Origin: an uncultured virus (IMG/VR IMGVR_UViG_3300005259_000041)
Taxonomy: Duplodnaviria > Heunggongvirae > Uroviricota > Caudoviricetes
DNA length: 64,000 nt
Virus record (IMG/VR): IMGVR_UViG_3300005259_000041
Reading direction: 5' to 3' (one strand)
The position numbers and the translations under genes were made by a program. The notes beneath the pieces were generated by a model. It was given only the letters and a program-made list of their open reading frames with translations, had not been told where the DNA came from and did not search any database. Of this stretch, positions 19,750 to 30,925 are shown piece by piece. Positions within the stretch are counted from its first letter, which is position 1; the number at the start of each line of letters is the position of its first letter.

Positions 19750-21630
19750 ATGGCCCTAGAGATTGTGTTTACTTGGTCAGATAACCCAGAGTTTCGCTGC
19801 GTGACCGCAACGGCTATGGGTGAGTATGGTTCTTATTTGTGGAGCAATGGGGCAACCGGTAGGGTTATTACTATCGTAGAAGACGGTGTATATTATGTAA
19901 CTGCTGACGCTGATGAGTCCGCCCATTACTATGTGGACATTAGTGCAAACACAATTAACACGCTATTGTCCTTCTCTTTTTCTGTCGAGTCGCTTGGCTC
20001 CCTCCCACCGGGTAAATATTCTTTGGAATATGACACTGGCTTGGACATTAAGCTAAAGAAAGCTGGGCGCTATTTATATTTGGGGTCATCCTCATCTCCG
20101 ATGAAGTATGACTTAACTCCACATCTTGGGGTAGATAAGCCTAAGTATGATTCTGGTTATACATACGACTCAAGATATCCTGCGGATGCTATTTTCCTAG
20201 AACAGCGCCTATTGGATAAGTCATTTAATAATGATTTGGTTTCTAATTCCTTGGGCATCAGCCCCGTTAAAACCAATAACCGGTTGGCGCCTTTTACTGA
20301 CTCTGGGCGCCACAACCTTATGGTAGTCCATTTTGATGATTGTTTTGATAATGCCGCCCCATTCTATCCGCTGTATTCTGGCGTCTTCCTGGCGGATTCT
20401 TTGTTTGGGCAGGCTGGTGTTTTCAGCGGCACGCCACTCGTGGTTCCAAACGTAAAGTATTTTAGCGCTATCACGGGAACTATCCAAATGTGGGCCAAGA
20501 GACTATGTAAATCTCGGGGCACTAAATATTATATAGTTGATATGCAGCCGTTTGTTGGTTCCAATGGTCTGGCTGCCTCATTTTCTCTATATGTAGACGA
20601 GATAGATAACTTAACATTTGAAATTATAGGATTTTCTCCTATTTCTGGAACTAACTCAGTTCGCACAGATACATTTGCCATTCATTGTCCATTATCCACC
20701 AAGGATTTCAATGGCAATGAATATAACCATATAGCTATTACGTGGAACAATTCATCTTCTCCCACGGATAATTTTATGCGACTATATCTGAATGGAGAGC
20801 TTCGTAGTCTATTGAAGTATGATACTGGTGCGACCTTTGGTATAGATGAGGTTACAGCAGAAGAGCGGTTGTTCGGTGATTATGCTGATTCGACTTTTAT
20901 TGGTGGCGACGCCCAAGTCCACGTGGTTAAGGCAAGAGTCAATAAGTTTATTGCTGAAAAGCTAGGAGCAATAGTAGACCCTAGCACCGTTACCATAGAT
21001 GATCCGACTGGAGATAAGTTTCCAAGGACTATTGCTGGCCTAGAGAGCTTCTTTAATCAATTCGTCAGCGCAGTACCATATCAAACCGCTACTTATACTA
21101 ATGACGTCTTTACTGTGTCTAACCAGGTTTATAGTGGCACATTTTATGACTGGCTCGCTCTTATGAACGAAGAGCCGACTCAAAAATACAATACTGAGCC
21201 AACGGAATGGCTAGATTCAGTTAAGAGTAAGTCGGCTATCAAGGAAATCAGGGGACAGTCTATTGACAATGCGTCCGATTTTACTCATATTTATATCGGC
21301 GGGGATATTGATGGGCTATATCCAGGTCAGGTCTTAATTGACCAATTAGCTATTATGAATGCTCCACTGTCTTCTGCGGAGCTGGCTGCATTTAAGCGTC
21401 AGCAGCCAATCTCCATTAGCGACAGTAGAGTCACTTTGGGTTATGATTTCAATATTGCGGCCATTGAGGGTATGACGTTTACCAACCTACAGGACGAATA
21501 TGGACGGAATTTTGAATTTATCGTGAATGTGCTTAATCCTTTTAGTTTTCCGCTAGATAAGGCGCTGATTACCAACCTTATCAATATGGTCAAGCCGGCT
21601 AATAGCACGGCCTTTGTAAACTTTGCTTGA
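19750..21630 (+). CDS. LamG/ConA-like domain protein ending in a gpI/gp48-like baseplate C-terminus
   Basis: GTIQMW...SLYVD...YNHIAITW...MRLYLNG...IYIGGD...IDQLAI (LamG); ends in FEFIVNV...LITNLINMVKPANSTAFVNF. Confidence 0.65.
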   Translation: MALEIVFTWSDNPEFRCVTATAMGEYGSYLWSNGATGRVITIVEDGVYYVTADADESAHYYVDISANTINTLLSFSFSVESLGSLPPGKYSLEYDTGLDIKLKKAGRYLYLGSSSSPMKYDLTPHLGVDKPKYDSGYTYDSRYPADAIFLEQRLLDKSFNNDLVSNSLGISPVKTNNRLAPFTDSGRHNLMVVHFDDCFDNAAPFYPLYSGVFLADSLFGQAGVFSGTPLVVPNVKYFSAITGTIQMWAKRLCKSRGTKYYIVDMQPFVGSNGLAASFSLYVDEIDNLTFEIIGFSPISGTNSVRTDTFAIHCPLSTKDFNGNEYNHIAITWNNSSSPTDNFMRLYLNGELRSLLKYDTGATFGIDEVTAEERLFGDYADSTFIGGDAQVHVVKARVNKFIAEKLGAIVDPSTVTIDDPTGDKFPRTIAGLESFFNQFVSAVPYQTATYTNDVFTVSNQVYSGTFYDWLALMNEEPTQKYNTEPTEWLDSVKSKSAIKEIRGQSIDNASDFTHIYIGGDIDGLYPGQVLIDQLAIMNAPLSSAELAAFKRQQPISISDSRVTLGYDFNIAAIEGMTFTNLQDEYGRNFEFIVNVLNPFSFPLDKALITNLINMVKPANSTAFVNFA

Positions 21631-21631
21631 G

Positions 21632-21643
21632 CTATTAATAAAA
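21632..21643 (+). promoter_or_regulatory. putative phage late promoter CTATTAATAAAA
   Basis: Intergenic, 33 nt before ATG 21665. Confidence 0.6.
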
Positions 21644-21664
21644 TACTAACCTCTGGGGATAAAA

Positions 21665-24600
21665 ATGAGCGAAATCGTACTGAAACCAAATTTCTATAGT
21701 GGACAGAATGTCTATAAGGACAATTTGCAACGCATTGTATCTTATGACTCTTCTAAGCGCACGGCGCTAATTCTGTCAATGTTTAATGACGGTGTGGTTA
21801 ATCCCACCCCGTACGATTTAAGTGCCATGCGTGTGGTTGTGGACTCTTACCGTAACAACAGCGCATACCTAGACTTCCAAGCCTCCGCTCAGGCTAACAA
21901 CCCCATAACTATGGCCGCCACGGGCGACCCCCGTATTTTGTATGCTCAGAAGTTCTACGCGAGAAGCAACAATATCCAAAAGGTTCGTCTTTGGATGTTA
22001 ATGGACGTGGCCCCCGGCACCCAGTTTGGCGAGGTGTTTGTGGAAATTAGGCCACTTGTNNACTGGGGCTAGCGCCCTAACAACCGAACCAGCACCACAG
22101 GTTTTGGCAAGGCGAGTGCTGGACCATAATACGATTAACAATTCTTTCCCATATATTGACGTTAATTTCTCGACTGAGCCACTCGTTTCTAATTTAGATG
22201 GCCGCTCGCTCGTGGTGGCGGGACAGTACTATGCCATTGTAATCGGGCGTAACTATGCTACTACGGGTAACTTGCAGATTCATGGTAATTTTGGGAATAA
22301 TCTGGCTAATCTAGAGAGCTATGTCACCAAATTTGACCCCTCCACTGGTCTATGGACTAATTATGAGGGCGACTCAATAGCTTACCAAATTTTTTCCGAT
22401 ACCATAGAGGTTCTGCCGGGGGACGGTGTTGTTGATGGGGCTTCTATCAATAACCCCACTTATGTTGAGGATTCTGCCGGTAATACTGTGAGATATCATC
22501 TTGGCAATATGGACCTGGTTCATGTGAAAGATACCGTGAGCGCAGGAGCTGTTGACCAAGCCGGCGATGGACGAAATATGGTCATCGCCCGAATTCGTGA
22601 AGTCGAAATGGAATTCCAGCCGAATCCCAGAACTGGCAACCCCAACGCGACAGCGACAGCAGAGGTCATTGAAGTCTCCGTTACTACTGAGAAGCTGTGG
22701 TCGGAAATGTCCAGCACGGATCAGCAGGTCTGGCTTGTTTTAGCTTATGTGACAGATGAAAACACCAAGACCATTAAGGGGTTGTATGAGCCACCATGCG
22801 ACATTAATGCCGCTGCTATTGCTGGCAATTGGTCCCCTGGCCTCATCCATATTGAAGACGCTCGTGTGTTCGTGCCTCACGCCCAGTCGTTGAAATACGG
22901 CACGTTAGACGAGCCTCCGGCTAGAGCTGTTTCGACTTCTTACAATTCAAATTTAGTTATTCAGCAAGCCGACCCGACGATGGCCATGGCGCCTGTTTAT
23001 GTTAATTCTACGGGTGGCTCTCCCAGCAGCGTCTTCCAAACTGGATGCGTTGAGCGTGACCACCTTTCGGTGTTTGATAGCGCTTTTGGTATAACGTTAA
23101 CGACTCCACATATGGGTAAATACCTATACTACGCAGACGACGCGGGCACGCTAAAGAAACTTAGTATTATTCCTCCTATGATTCAGAGCGCCATTGCAAG
23201 TGCAGACGTCACGTCGGTTCCGAGAACGCTAAACGCCTCTACCACTGTCGGAGCGTGTGTTAATGCTAATATGGGGCTACGCGTCAGATTGCAGTGGACG
23301 CCCCCATCTGACCCGACCTCTTATCGTGGTTTGGTGATTGTGCGGTCAACGGAAGACTACCCTCGCTCCATCGACGATGGCGTTATCATCGCAGTGTCAG
23401 AGAGGACCTTTACTACGTTAGACGGTCGCACTTATAGCTTCGACCCAGTCGGGCAGGCGAACCCGTGTTGCAATGCCGACAACCCAGAAGCCGGGATTAT
23501 CGGAAAGCGTCGCGGATTAAACGCCCCACTCCCAGAACTACCAATGGAACTAGTCAGCTCCATGTCTGGCGCTCTCAATAGTCTGAATGGAATTACGGAA
23601 TATTCTATAATTCCTGGAAGTGCGTTCAATGTCACTCTTTCTGCTTTTAATTTAAGCGCTGCGATTCTGCATCCACGTTTCGACGTAGACATCGTATATG
23701 CTGGCGGGTCAGTCAGCGTGCTAAGCGACTATCAGGCGGTAAACGCAGCCACTATGTATGTCAGCTCTGTCGGCATTAGCAACATTGTGCTCCCGATTAC
23801 TATTCCGGCTCAAATAGACGGCAATGATTTCCCAACGGGATATGCGTATTTGGCAATTAGGGTTTATGATGGTTTTAACGCTACCCATCCTCAAATTGGG
23901 ATGCTCACTTTAATTCTGAAAAACGAAACGGGCGGCAGCTTTAAAACTGGCTTAGCCGCTATAGCCGCTCCTCTATATGAGGACAGTCAGGCTGTGGATA
24001 ATTATATTGCTGACGCCACGACAACCCTTTCTGTCCCAGCTATGAGTTTCTTGAACACTTCTACTGTGCCGTTTGGAAGGCTTTCGCTTAAACCGCAGTG
24101 GTTGGCCAACTACTATAATGGGTCTCTTAACCAAACCACGCCCACAGCATCGATTGACTTGACTCCAATGGAGACTGTAAACGGAACAGAAGTCGTCATG
24201 GATACGCTCTTAGATTATATTGGAGCTAATGCTTCAGCTACGCCTGCGTCAGTTTCCTCTGATGAATTTAGAATACAATTTATAGACATCGTTGGAAGCT
24301 CCATCGCAATAGGCAGCAGTACAACCGCCTCTCCCTCTGAGTTGTTCTTGTCTGTGGTGGACGAAACCTCCACTGCAACAATTAAGCCTATAGTGGCATA
24401 TTATAATCAGGATTTGTATCTGGTGGAGCGCCAGCAGTTAGTCCTGAACCAGGAATGCACCTGTTATATTGATGCTTACTCTGGCACTGCGTATTCCGCT
24501 GGTTTCGTCGGCTGTGAGCGTGGTTTTAATGCGGCTTCTTGTAATAACGGAATGTCGTATAATTTGATTTACTATTATAGCGTTTTTACCTATAATGACG

Positions 24601-25187
24601 CTGGACATTTTAGCTATATTGATAGTTGTGCTAGGGCAGAGTATGGCATTGGAAATGCTCTCCCTCCCGGCCCCGTATGCCAGCTTGCAATTACCTCAGA
24701 GGTCAGCGGGAACCATGGGCCACTATACGACAGCATGTCTCTTTCGTGGGTTAACCCAGCTGAGTCTTCTCTCTATGGTGTGAGAATTTATGTGTCCAGA
24801 TATCGCTACGCTACGAATTTCGTAGAGCCATTCAATGCCAATGACCCCATGTATATTCTTTATGACTCTGTGCTAACGCCTAGCCTGAACGCTATTGTGA
24901 ATGTCGGGCCAGGCACTAGCTCCGCAATTATAGACGGTGTTGATAATTTTGTCGCCGACCCGAATCATCCTGAGCCAGATCCATACTATGGGCACACTCA
25001 GGGATATCGTGGCATTTATAAGCTTTCTGCTGGCGGAGACGCTGTTTTCGCTGAGGACTCTACATCTTCGGCGGTACAGTTTGAGTCTGGAGCGGTGTAT
25101 TATTACACTGTGTTTACCTACGATGTGAATGGTAATTATAACACGCCTACTTGCGTTGACCGGGGTCAGGTGAGCTATGTTCCATAA
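21665..25187 (+). CDS. large tail-associated protein with FN3-like domains (one gene apparently split by an NN gap at 22060-22061)
   Basis: ORFs 21665..22072 and 22026..25187 switch frame exactly at the NN. FN3-like motifs: LQWTPPSDP.SYRGLVIVRS, YYYSVFTYND.G, LSWVNP....YGVRIY, YYYTVFTYD.NGNY. Confidence 0.65.
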
Positions 25188-25211
25188 TACAAGACAGAAA
25201 AGAGAGGGTAC

Positions 25212-27116
25212 ATGGACATTTTATATAGTGCCTATGTCGGTTCGACTTCTTCATGGTCGATTGTCGCAAGAAATGTAATTTCCAATTTACTGTCTCTCGG
25301 CAATAAAATTAGGGTATCTAGCACGAATGGATGGGAAAACGTCCCACCCGAAATCGTATCCCTGGCCTCCACTCAACTTGTGGACCCAGTGTTTTTGGGT
25401 TATACTGTTCCCCATCGTTTGCCGTCTATTACACAGAAAAATAGATTTATCATTTATAATTATGAGTCTTCGCTTCTGCCGTCTGGCTGGGCGGCGATTA
25501 TCAATCAACACGCCAATTTAGTATTTCCCGCTTCTACATATGCCGCTAATATTCTGCGGAACAATGGCGTCATATCGGACAAAATAGTGGTGATGCCGTA
25601 CGGGGTGGACACCGATGTCTTCCATACGGGAGTTGCTCCAGTTATTCCAAGAGATAAATTTAATTTTCTATATTGTGCCATTCCTCACGTTAGGAAGGGC
25701 ATCGATTTGCTTTTGCGTGCATATTTTCAGAATTTTAGTGCCGCAGACCCGGTCAGGCTTATTCTGAAAACCTCTCGGCGCACAGCACCCCCACAGAGCT
25801 TTGTTATTAATATCGATCAGACAATTGAAGAGGCTAAGGCTCTATTCCCGGGGAAAGATCTACCAGAGATAATGGTAATAGACCAAGTTTATTATAGCTT
25901 AGCCCCTTTATACAGCTCAGCCCATGCCTATGTGGCGCCTAGTCGTTCTGAAGGGTTTGGTATGACAACTCTTGAGGCTATGGCCTGTGGTGTTCCGGTT
26001 ATTGCTTCGGCGTATGGTGGTCATTTAGATTTTCTAAATGAGAACAATTCCTATTTGGTGCCAACAATGGAAGTGGAAGCCACACACCAAATGCAGTATT
26101 GGCAGTATCAACGAGGAGCATTGATAGGGGCGCCAGACGTAGAGGAGCTGGGGTCGCAAATGCGGCAGCTTTATGAGCGCTATGACGATGCAATACCTAA
26201 AATACAAAAGGGACTTGAAACCGTTAAAAGGTATAATTGGCGAGATATCATCTTCGGACTAGATGTGGCAATGAAGGACAATCTCGGTATTGCCCAATTT
26301 GCACCGGCCAGGGGCCCCAAAGCCACCAAAACAACCTCCATAGTGTCGCCTCCCCAGGTCTCAATTCCCAAAGGACACGGTGACAAGATGGACAGAAGCG
26401 CAGCAAGAAAACTTTTGTCTGGGTCGGTCCTGCCGACTTCCACGACCTCACCTGGCCAACACACAGTTGTGATACAGCCAGAGCCGCTTCCTCAGAAAAA
26501 TTTACCACAAAAGGTTTTGCAGCAGAACGTTGTTGTGTCTACTCCAAGTAGACCGATGCCCAAGCCGCTTGCTTCTGGCCCGAATAACTATTCCGTTGCA
26601 AGGGTGAATGAGGACCAGCCCAGAACATTTATTTTGCTATACGACGGCGGCGCCACAGATAAATATGTCTATATGCGCACCCTAGAGGCAGCATTGACGA
26701 CAGCAAATAAAGAAGTGGTATTGACTGTGGATGGCTCCATGTCGTCAACCAGTGCCGCTCCAGGGGCCATGAGAGAGTCTTTTTCTAGTCGATCAACCAC
26801 TCATGTCTATAGGCTTAAACAGAATGCCCCAAACAGCACTGTGGTTGTATATTTAAGCGACATTGCAGACTGGGGATATTACCTGAAAATGCTGCTTCCT
26901 ATTGGGATGATTTATTATATTGCAGATATCCCAATGGACCGCGTGAATTTGAAAGATTTACCTAGGGGTACGACAACAGCCTTTTTAAGTTGGTTACCTG
27001 AAAATGGCAACATTTTAGCGGGAACAGACGCCACACACTGTCTGTATGTGGATATTTTTGAAATGGAGCCGGAGGAACTAGCTCGTTTGAATTTTGTGCC
27101 TGGGGTGACAATATGA
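25212..27116 (+). CDS. GT-B (GT4-like) glycosyltransferase with Pro/Ser/Thr-rich linker and extra C-terminal domain
   Basis: PYGVD...F, RKGIDLLLRAY, PSRSEGFGMTTLEAMACGVPVI (ExFG...E motif). Confidence 0.9.
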   Translation: MDILYSAYVGSTSSWSIVARNVISNLLSLGNKIRVSSTNGWENVPPEIVSLASTQLVDPVFLGYTVPHRLPSITQKNRFIIYNYESSLLPSGWAAIINQHANLVFPASTYAANILRNNGVISDKIVVMPYGVDTDVFHTGVAPVIPRDKFNFLYCAIPHVRKGIDLLLRAYFQNFSAADPVRLILKTSRRTAPPQSFVINIDQTIEEAKALFPGKDLPEIMVIDQVYYSLAPLYSSAHAYVAPSRSEGFGMTTLEAMACGVPVIASAYGGHLDFLNENNSYLVPTMEVEATHQMQYWQYQRGALIGAPDVEELGSQMRQLYERYDDAIPKIQKGLETVKRYNWRDIIFGLDVAMKDNLGIAQFAPARGPKATKTTSIVSPPQVSIPKGHGDKMDRSAARKLLSGSVLPTSTTSPGQHTVVIQPEPLPQKNLPQKVLQQNVVVSTPSRPMPKPLASGPNNYSVARVNEDQPRTFILLYDGGATDKYVYMRTLEAALTTANKEVVLTVDGSMSSTSAAPGAMRESFSSRSTTHVYRLKQNAPNSTVVVYLSDIADWGYYLKMLLPIGMIYYIADIPMDRVNLKDLPRGTTTAFLSWLPENGNILAGTDATHCLYVDIFEMEPEELARLNFVPGVTI

Positions 27117-28219
27117 GTAAGGGAATAAAGTTTGTTGGCAATATAGAGGACCATGACGGATATGGCCGCGCATGCTATAGTACGGCTAATGCGTTGTTGC
27201 GAACCAATCTTCCACTGAGTATTAAAATTGTATCCTGGGTGAAGGGTGCCCGCACTGCCGTCATCACCCCAGAGCTGAAAAAGCGAGTCAATGCCAAGGC
27301 GCCATATGACACGGTGCTGATAGAATCTGTGCCCCCTGCCTTTGCTCAACATGCAGAAAAGGGGAAGAAAAACATTGGTTATTTTTTCTGGGAAACCGAT
27401 AAAATTTGCGCTTCATGGGTTAAATTTTGCAATGCTGTTGACGAGATTTGGGTCCCCTGTGAAACCAATAAAACTGCAGTTTTAAATAGTGGGGTGACCG
27501 TTCCGGTTAAGGTGCTCCCACAGGCCATTATAACTCCGAACGTTGCCGGTAAAATTTTTATTCCTGATACTACCCCATTCACTTATGTTTTTTATTCGCT
27601 TTTTCAGTGGAATCCACGCAAAAATTGGAAGGGTCTTTTGGAAGCCTATTGGTCTGCCTTTACTAGAAACGATGACGTGAGGCTAATGATTAAAACATAT
27701 GGTCAGTTCCCTGGCACTCAAGGCAGGAGCCAGGTTATCAATGACATAGAGCAAGCTAGGCGAGTGTTCTTGACGCGCTCTGGGCGCGCAGAGAGAGATT
27801 TGCCATTAATCTTTTTGGTGCCAGACATCCTATCTGATGACCAAATTCAAATGGTTCATAATTCTGGACATTGTTTTGTATCTACTAGTTTTGGAGAGGG
27901 TTGGCAGGTGGCTACCGCCACCGCGATTACGCTGGGATATCCAATTATTTCCAGCACTTTTGGCGGGGTAGTGGACATGCTGGAAAAAGATAAGTTTTTC
28001 TCCTTAAGCCACACGATGGCCCCTGTGTCTGGAATGCCATGGGTAGTGTGGTATGACGCGACTCAGCAGTGGGCCAATCCGTCCATGGAAGAGGCCGCTA
28101 GCCACATGAGGCATTGTTATGAGAGCAAAATTAAATCGGTAGACTATGGAACTCTACCGGCGCAACTGTCGCTTGACGCTATGGCCCAAAATATTAAGTT
28201 ACTTTTGGAGTCCAAATGA
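27113..28219 (+). CDS. GT4-like glycosyltransferase
   Basis: FFWETD...W...DEIWVP, RKNWKGLLEAY...F...DDVRL.IK, STSFGEGW; paralog of the preceding gene. Confidence 0.85.
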   Translation: MSKGIKFVGNIEDHDGYGRACYSTANALLRTNLPLSIKIVSWVKGARTAVITPELKKRVNAKAPYDTVLIESVPPAFAQHAEKGKKNIGYFFWETDKICASWVKFCNAVDEIWVPCETNKTAVLNSGVTVPVKVLPQAIITPNVAGKIFIPDTTPFTYVFYSLFQWNPRKNWKGLLEAYWSAFTRNDDVRLMIKTYGQFPGTQGRSQVINDIEQARRVFLTRSGRAERDLPLIFLVPDILSDDQIQMVHNSGHCFVSTSFGEGWQVATATAITLGYPIISSTFGGVVDMLEKDKFFSLSHTMAPVSGMPWVVWYDATQQWANPSMEEAASHMRHCYESKIKSVDYGTLPAQLSLDAMAQNIKLLLESK

Positions 28220-29127
28220 AAATAGCTTTTGATTTTTCCGTGCCCACTGTTCAGGCCCGAGCAACTGGATTTATGAACGATTTGTCTGCAACTGGACACA
28301 CTGTTATCGGCGGTTCTTCTGCGGCGGCAGACATTGTGCTCAAAAACATTACTTGTGTTGAGGGGATGCGCGATGAGGACTTATCAGACAATGAGTTTTA
28401 TTTAAACATGGAAGATAGTTCGGTTAGGCGTCATGGGGACGACATTTGGAGCTTTCCTCAGAGAAAAGCCTTTACCATGTTTAAGACTACCGGTGAGGAG
28501 ACTGGCTATTTCTTTGTTCCCCACATTGTTAATGTGGACGTGGAACCCGACTGGGACAAAAAAGCAAGAGTGTTTTTTGCAGGTCAAGTGACGGGTCTAG
28601 ATATCAATTGGGAGGTGTTTGGGGGTGCAATGAGATATGAAACGCACGCTATGCTGCAACAACACCTCCCGGATTGCTATGATGGGTATTTATCTGAGGG
28701 CGTTCATTCTCTTTCTCCCCATTTAGACCGAGCGAAACTTAGCCCGCGTTTGCCATTAGACGAGTATAACGCTCATTTAAGAAATGATTTAATTTGTGTT
28801 TCTCCGTATGGGTTTGGGGAAATTTGTTATCGGCATTTAGAGAGCCTGGCTTTTGGTATGTTGTGCCTGAGTCCTCCGATTAAACACGTGTCGAGCCTAT
28901 ATCCACCAGAATTCTATGATTCGTTTATTGTGTACGATTCTTATGCCGAAATGCTTGACAAGATTGATTATTTTTTGATTCATCAGGACGAGGCCCTAGA
29001 TATTGCTAAGGCGGGGCATCAGACATATCGTCAATATCTATTAGCAAAAGACGGAAGACATATTAGCGATTACTTATATAATAGGGCCTATGAACAACTG
29101 GCGATGGCCCTGGAGAGCATAAAATGA
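28216..29127 (+). CDS. GT-B glycosyltransferase-like protein (Glyco_trans_1_2/exostosin-like C-terminus)
   Basis: FFAG...[39 protein letters not shown]. Confidence 0.7.
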   Translation: MKIAFDFSVPTVQARATGFMNDLSATGHTVIGGSSAAADIVLKNITCVEGMRDEDLSDNEFYLNMEDSSVRRHGDDIWSFPQRKAFTMFKTTGEETGYFFVPHIVNVDVEPDWDKKARVFFAGQVTGLDINWEVFGGAMRYETHAMLQQHLPDCYDGYLSEGVHSLSPHLDRAKLSPRLPLDEYNAHLRNDLICVSPYGFGEICYRHLESLAFGMLCLSPPIKHVSSLYPPEFYDSFIVYDSYAEMLDKIDYFLIHQDEALDIAKAGHQTYRQYLLAKDGRHISDYLYNRAYEQLAMALESIK

Positions 29128-30050
29128 GAATAGCTGTTACTGGTGGAGCTGGATTTATAGGCTCTCATCTCTGTGTAACTTTATTGGAGATGGGGCATGA
29201 GGTGCTTTGTGTAGATAATTTTTTCACTGGATCCAAGAAAAATATCGAGCCCCTCATTAGTAATCCTAATTTTGAAATTATGAGACATGATGTCGTTCAA
29301 CCCTTTCGTGTCGAGGTTGACGCCATATACCACCTTGCGTGTCCCGCTTCGCCAGTGCACTATCAAAAATACCCAATCAACACAACCAAGTGTTCTGTCC
29401 TAGGGGCCATTAACGTTTTAGATTTAGCTCAAGATTTAAAAGTCCCGGTATTGTTTAGTTCTACTAGTGAAGTATATGGTGATCCACTTATCCCAATCCA
29501 GGATGAGAGTTATTTTGGCAACACTAATCCAATTGGCATTCGTGGCTGTTACGACGAGGGGAAGCGATGCGCCGAAACGTTTTTTATGGATTATCACAAA
29601 CATAGGCAGGTGGACGTTAAGGTTATTAGAATTTTTAATACTTACGGCCCTAGACTGGCCAAAAACGATGGTAGGGTTATATCTAATTTTATATTACAGG
29701 CGCTTAACAATGAGGACATTACTGTTTATGGTGACGGCTCCCAAACAAGGTCGCTGTGTTACGTGAGCGACACCGTACGTGGTATGATAAAGATGATGAA
29801 CACTGCAAGCGGGTTTACTGGGCCAGTTAATATTGGCAATCCTAACGAGATGACTATTCTAGAGATTGCACAAAAAATTATAGACATGACTCATTCTAAA
29901 TCCTCTATTGTGTTTCGTGATTTACCAGACGGGGATCCCAAGCGCAGATGCCCAGATATCACGCTGGCTAAAAAGCATCTTAACTGGGAGCCTGTGGTCT
30001 CTTTAGAAGATGGATTGGCGCAAACCATTGAATACTTTCGGATTGCGTAA
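29124..30050 (+). CDS. uxs: UDP-glucuronate decarboxylase (UDP-xylose synthase)
   Basis: [86 protein letters not shown]. Confidence 0.92.
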   Translation: MRIAVTGGAGFIGSHLCVTLLEMGHEVLCVDNFFTGSKKNIEPLISNPNFEIMRHDVVQPFRVEVDAIYHLACPASPVHYQKYPINTTKCSVLGAINVLDLAQDLKVPVLFSSTSEVYGDPLIPIQDESYFGNTNPIGIRGCYDEGKRCAETFFMDYHKHRQVDVKVIRIFNTYGPRLAKNDGRVISNFILQALNNEDITVYGDGSQTRSLCYVSDTVRGMIKMMNTASGFTGPVNIGNPNEMTILEIAQKIIDMTHSKSSIVFRDLPDGDPKRRCPDITLAKKHLNWEPVVSLEDGLAQTIEYFRIA

Positions 30051-30061
30051 AGGGGGATAGT

Positions 30062-30880
30062 GTGAGTTCGCCAACTTTTTCTATTGTCTATCCAATTAAG
30101 AATCGGGCTGCTCTTTTCAGCCACACATTAGCCAGCTTATCATGCTCCATAGTGGACAATGAAAACATCGAATTAATTGTTGTGGACCAAAGCTCCGATG
30201 ATAATCTTAGAGACCTGTTGTCGGAGTATGGCCATAGGTTCAAGATTCTATATCTTAACGTGGATATCTCTAAGTACACTGCGTATCCCCTACCTAGTCG
30301 GCCATATGTGGATCCGGCATATTTTATCAACGTGGGTATCAAAAAGAGTGCTGGCAAATATGTGATTTTAAGTAGTCCAGAGGTTTGTCCTCAATATGAT
30401 ATTCTGGGAGAAATTTCCGGGCTAATGGATAACGAAACTTCTTTTCTGGCAGCCACATATAACGCATATCTCGATGATAACGGCAAACAGGTGCGAGATT
30501 CCTATTTGTTCGGAGACGGAGCCGCCCTCCTACCGCTGCCTGGGTATTATTTTTTCGGAGCCTATCCTAGAAAACATATGATGAAGATAGGCGGCATAGA
30601 AGAGGCATATATGTCTGGGTTAGCCGTGGAGGATGACGATTTTGGGGATTCATTTCTGTCTTTTGGATATCAATTTATTGTTCTTCCCGGGGGTGTGTGC
30701 CATCATTTAATCCATCCCGTCAATGAGTGGCATTTTACAGAGGAACATAAAAAGAACATGGAGCTTCTTGCTCAAAGAAGAGCGATGCCATTTAGCCATC
30801 CTAGACCTAATAATGTTCATGTTAATTGGGGGTCGGACGAGTGCATTGTCCAATGCGAGCGTCTTGACATATCCCGTTAA
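30062..30880 (+). CDS. GT-A glycosyltransferase (GT2/GT7C-like)
   Basis: FSIVYPIKNR, ELIVVDQSSDD, N.GIK, IGGIEEAY..G.A.EDDDF, HH.IH. Confidence 0.8.
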   Translation: MSSPTFSIVYPIKNRAALFSHTLASLSCSIVDNENIELIVVDQSSDDNLRDLLSEYGHRFKILYLNVDISKYTAYPLPSRPYVDPAYFINVGIKKSAGKYVILSSPEVCPQYDILGEISGLMDNETSFLAATYNAYLDDNGKQVRDSYLFGDGAALLPLPGYYFFGAYPRKHMMKIGGIEEAYMSGLAVEDDDFGDSFLSFGYQFIVLPGGVCHHLIHPVNEWHFTEEHKKNMELLAQRRAMPFSHPRPNNVHVNWGSDECIVQCERLDISR

Positions 30881-30892
30881 TTATATTATATT
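30864..30892 (+). promoter_or_regulatory. sigma70-like promoter TTGACA-N17-TATATT
   Basis: TTGACA at 30864-30869, 17-nt spacer, TATATT at 30887-30892; upstream of 30926. Confidence 0.7.
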
Positions 30893-30925
30893 TGTAATGC
30901 ACGGCCATCAGGCAAGGATATAAAA

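Noticed and set aside
22026..22072. Apparent frameshift or two overlapping genes at 22.06 kb
   Set aside because: The frame change coincides with NN at 22060-22061, so it is most simply an assembly gap of wrong length, not a programmed frameshift or pseudogene.
3760..25187. Extracellular contractile injection system or tailocin on a bacterial chromosome
   Set aside because: The single-strand phage-like organisation, with dNMP kinase, UvsW-like helicase, HNH, endolysin and late-promoter-like motifs and no housekeeping operons, points to a phage genome.
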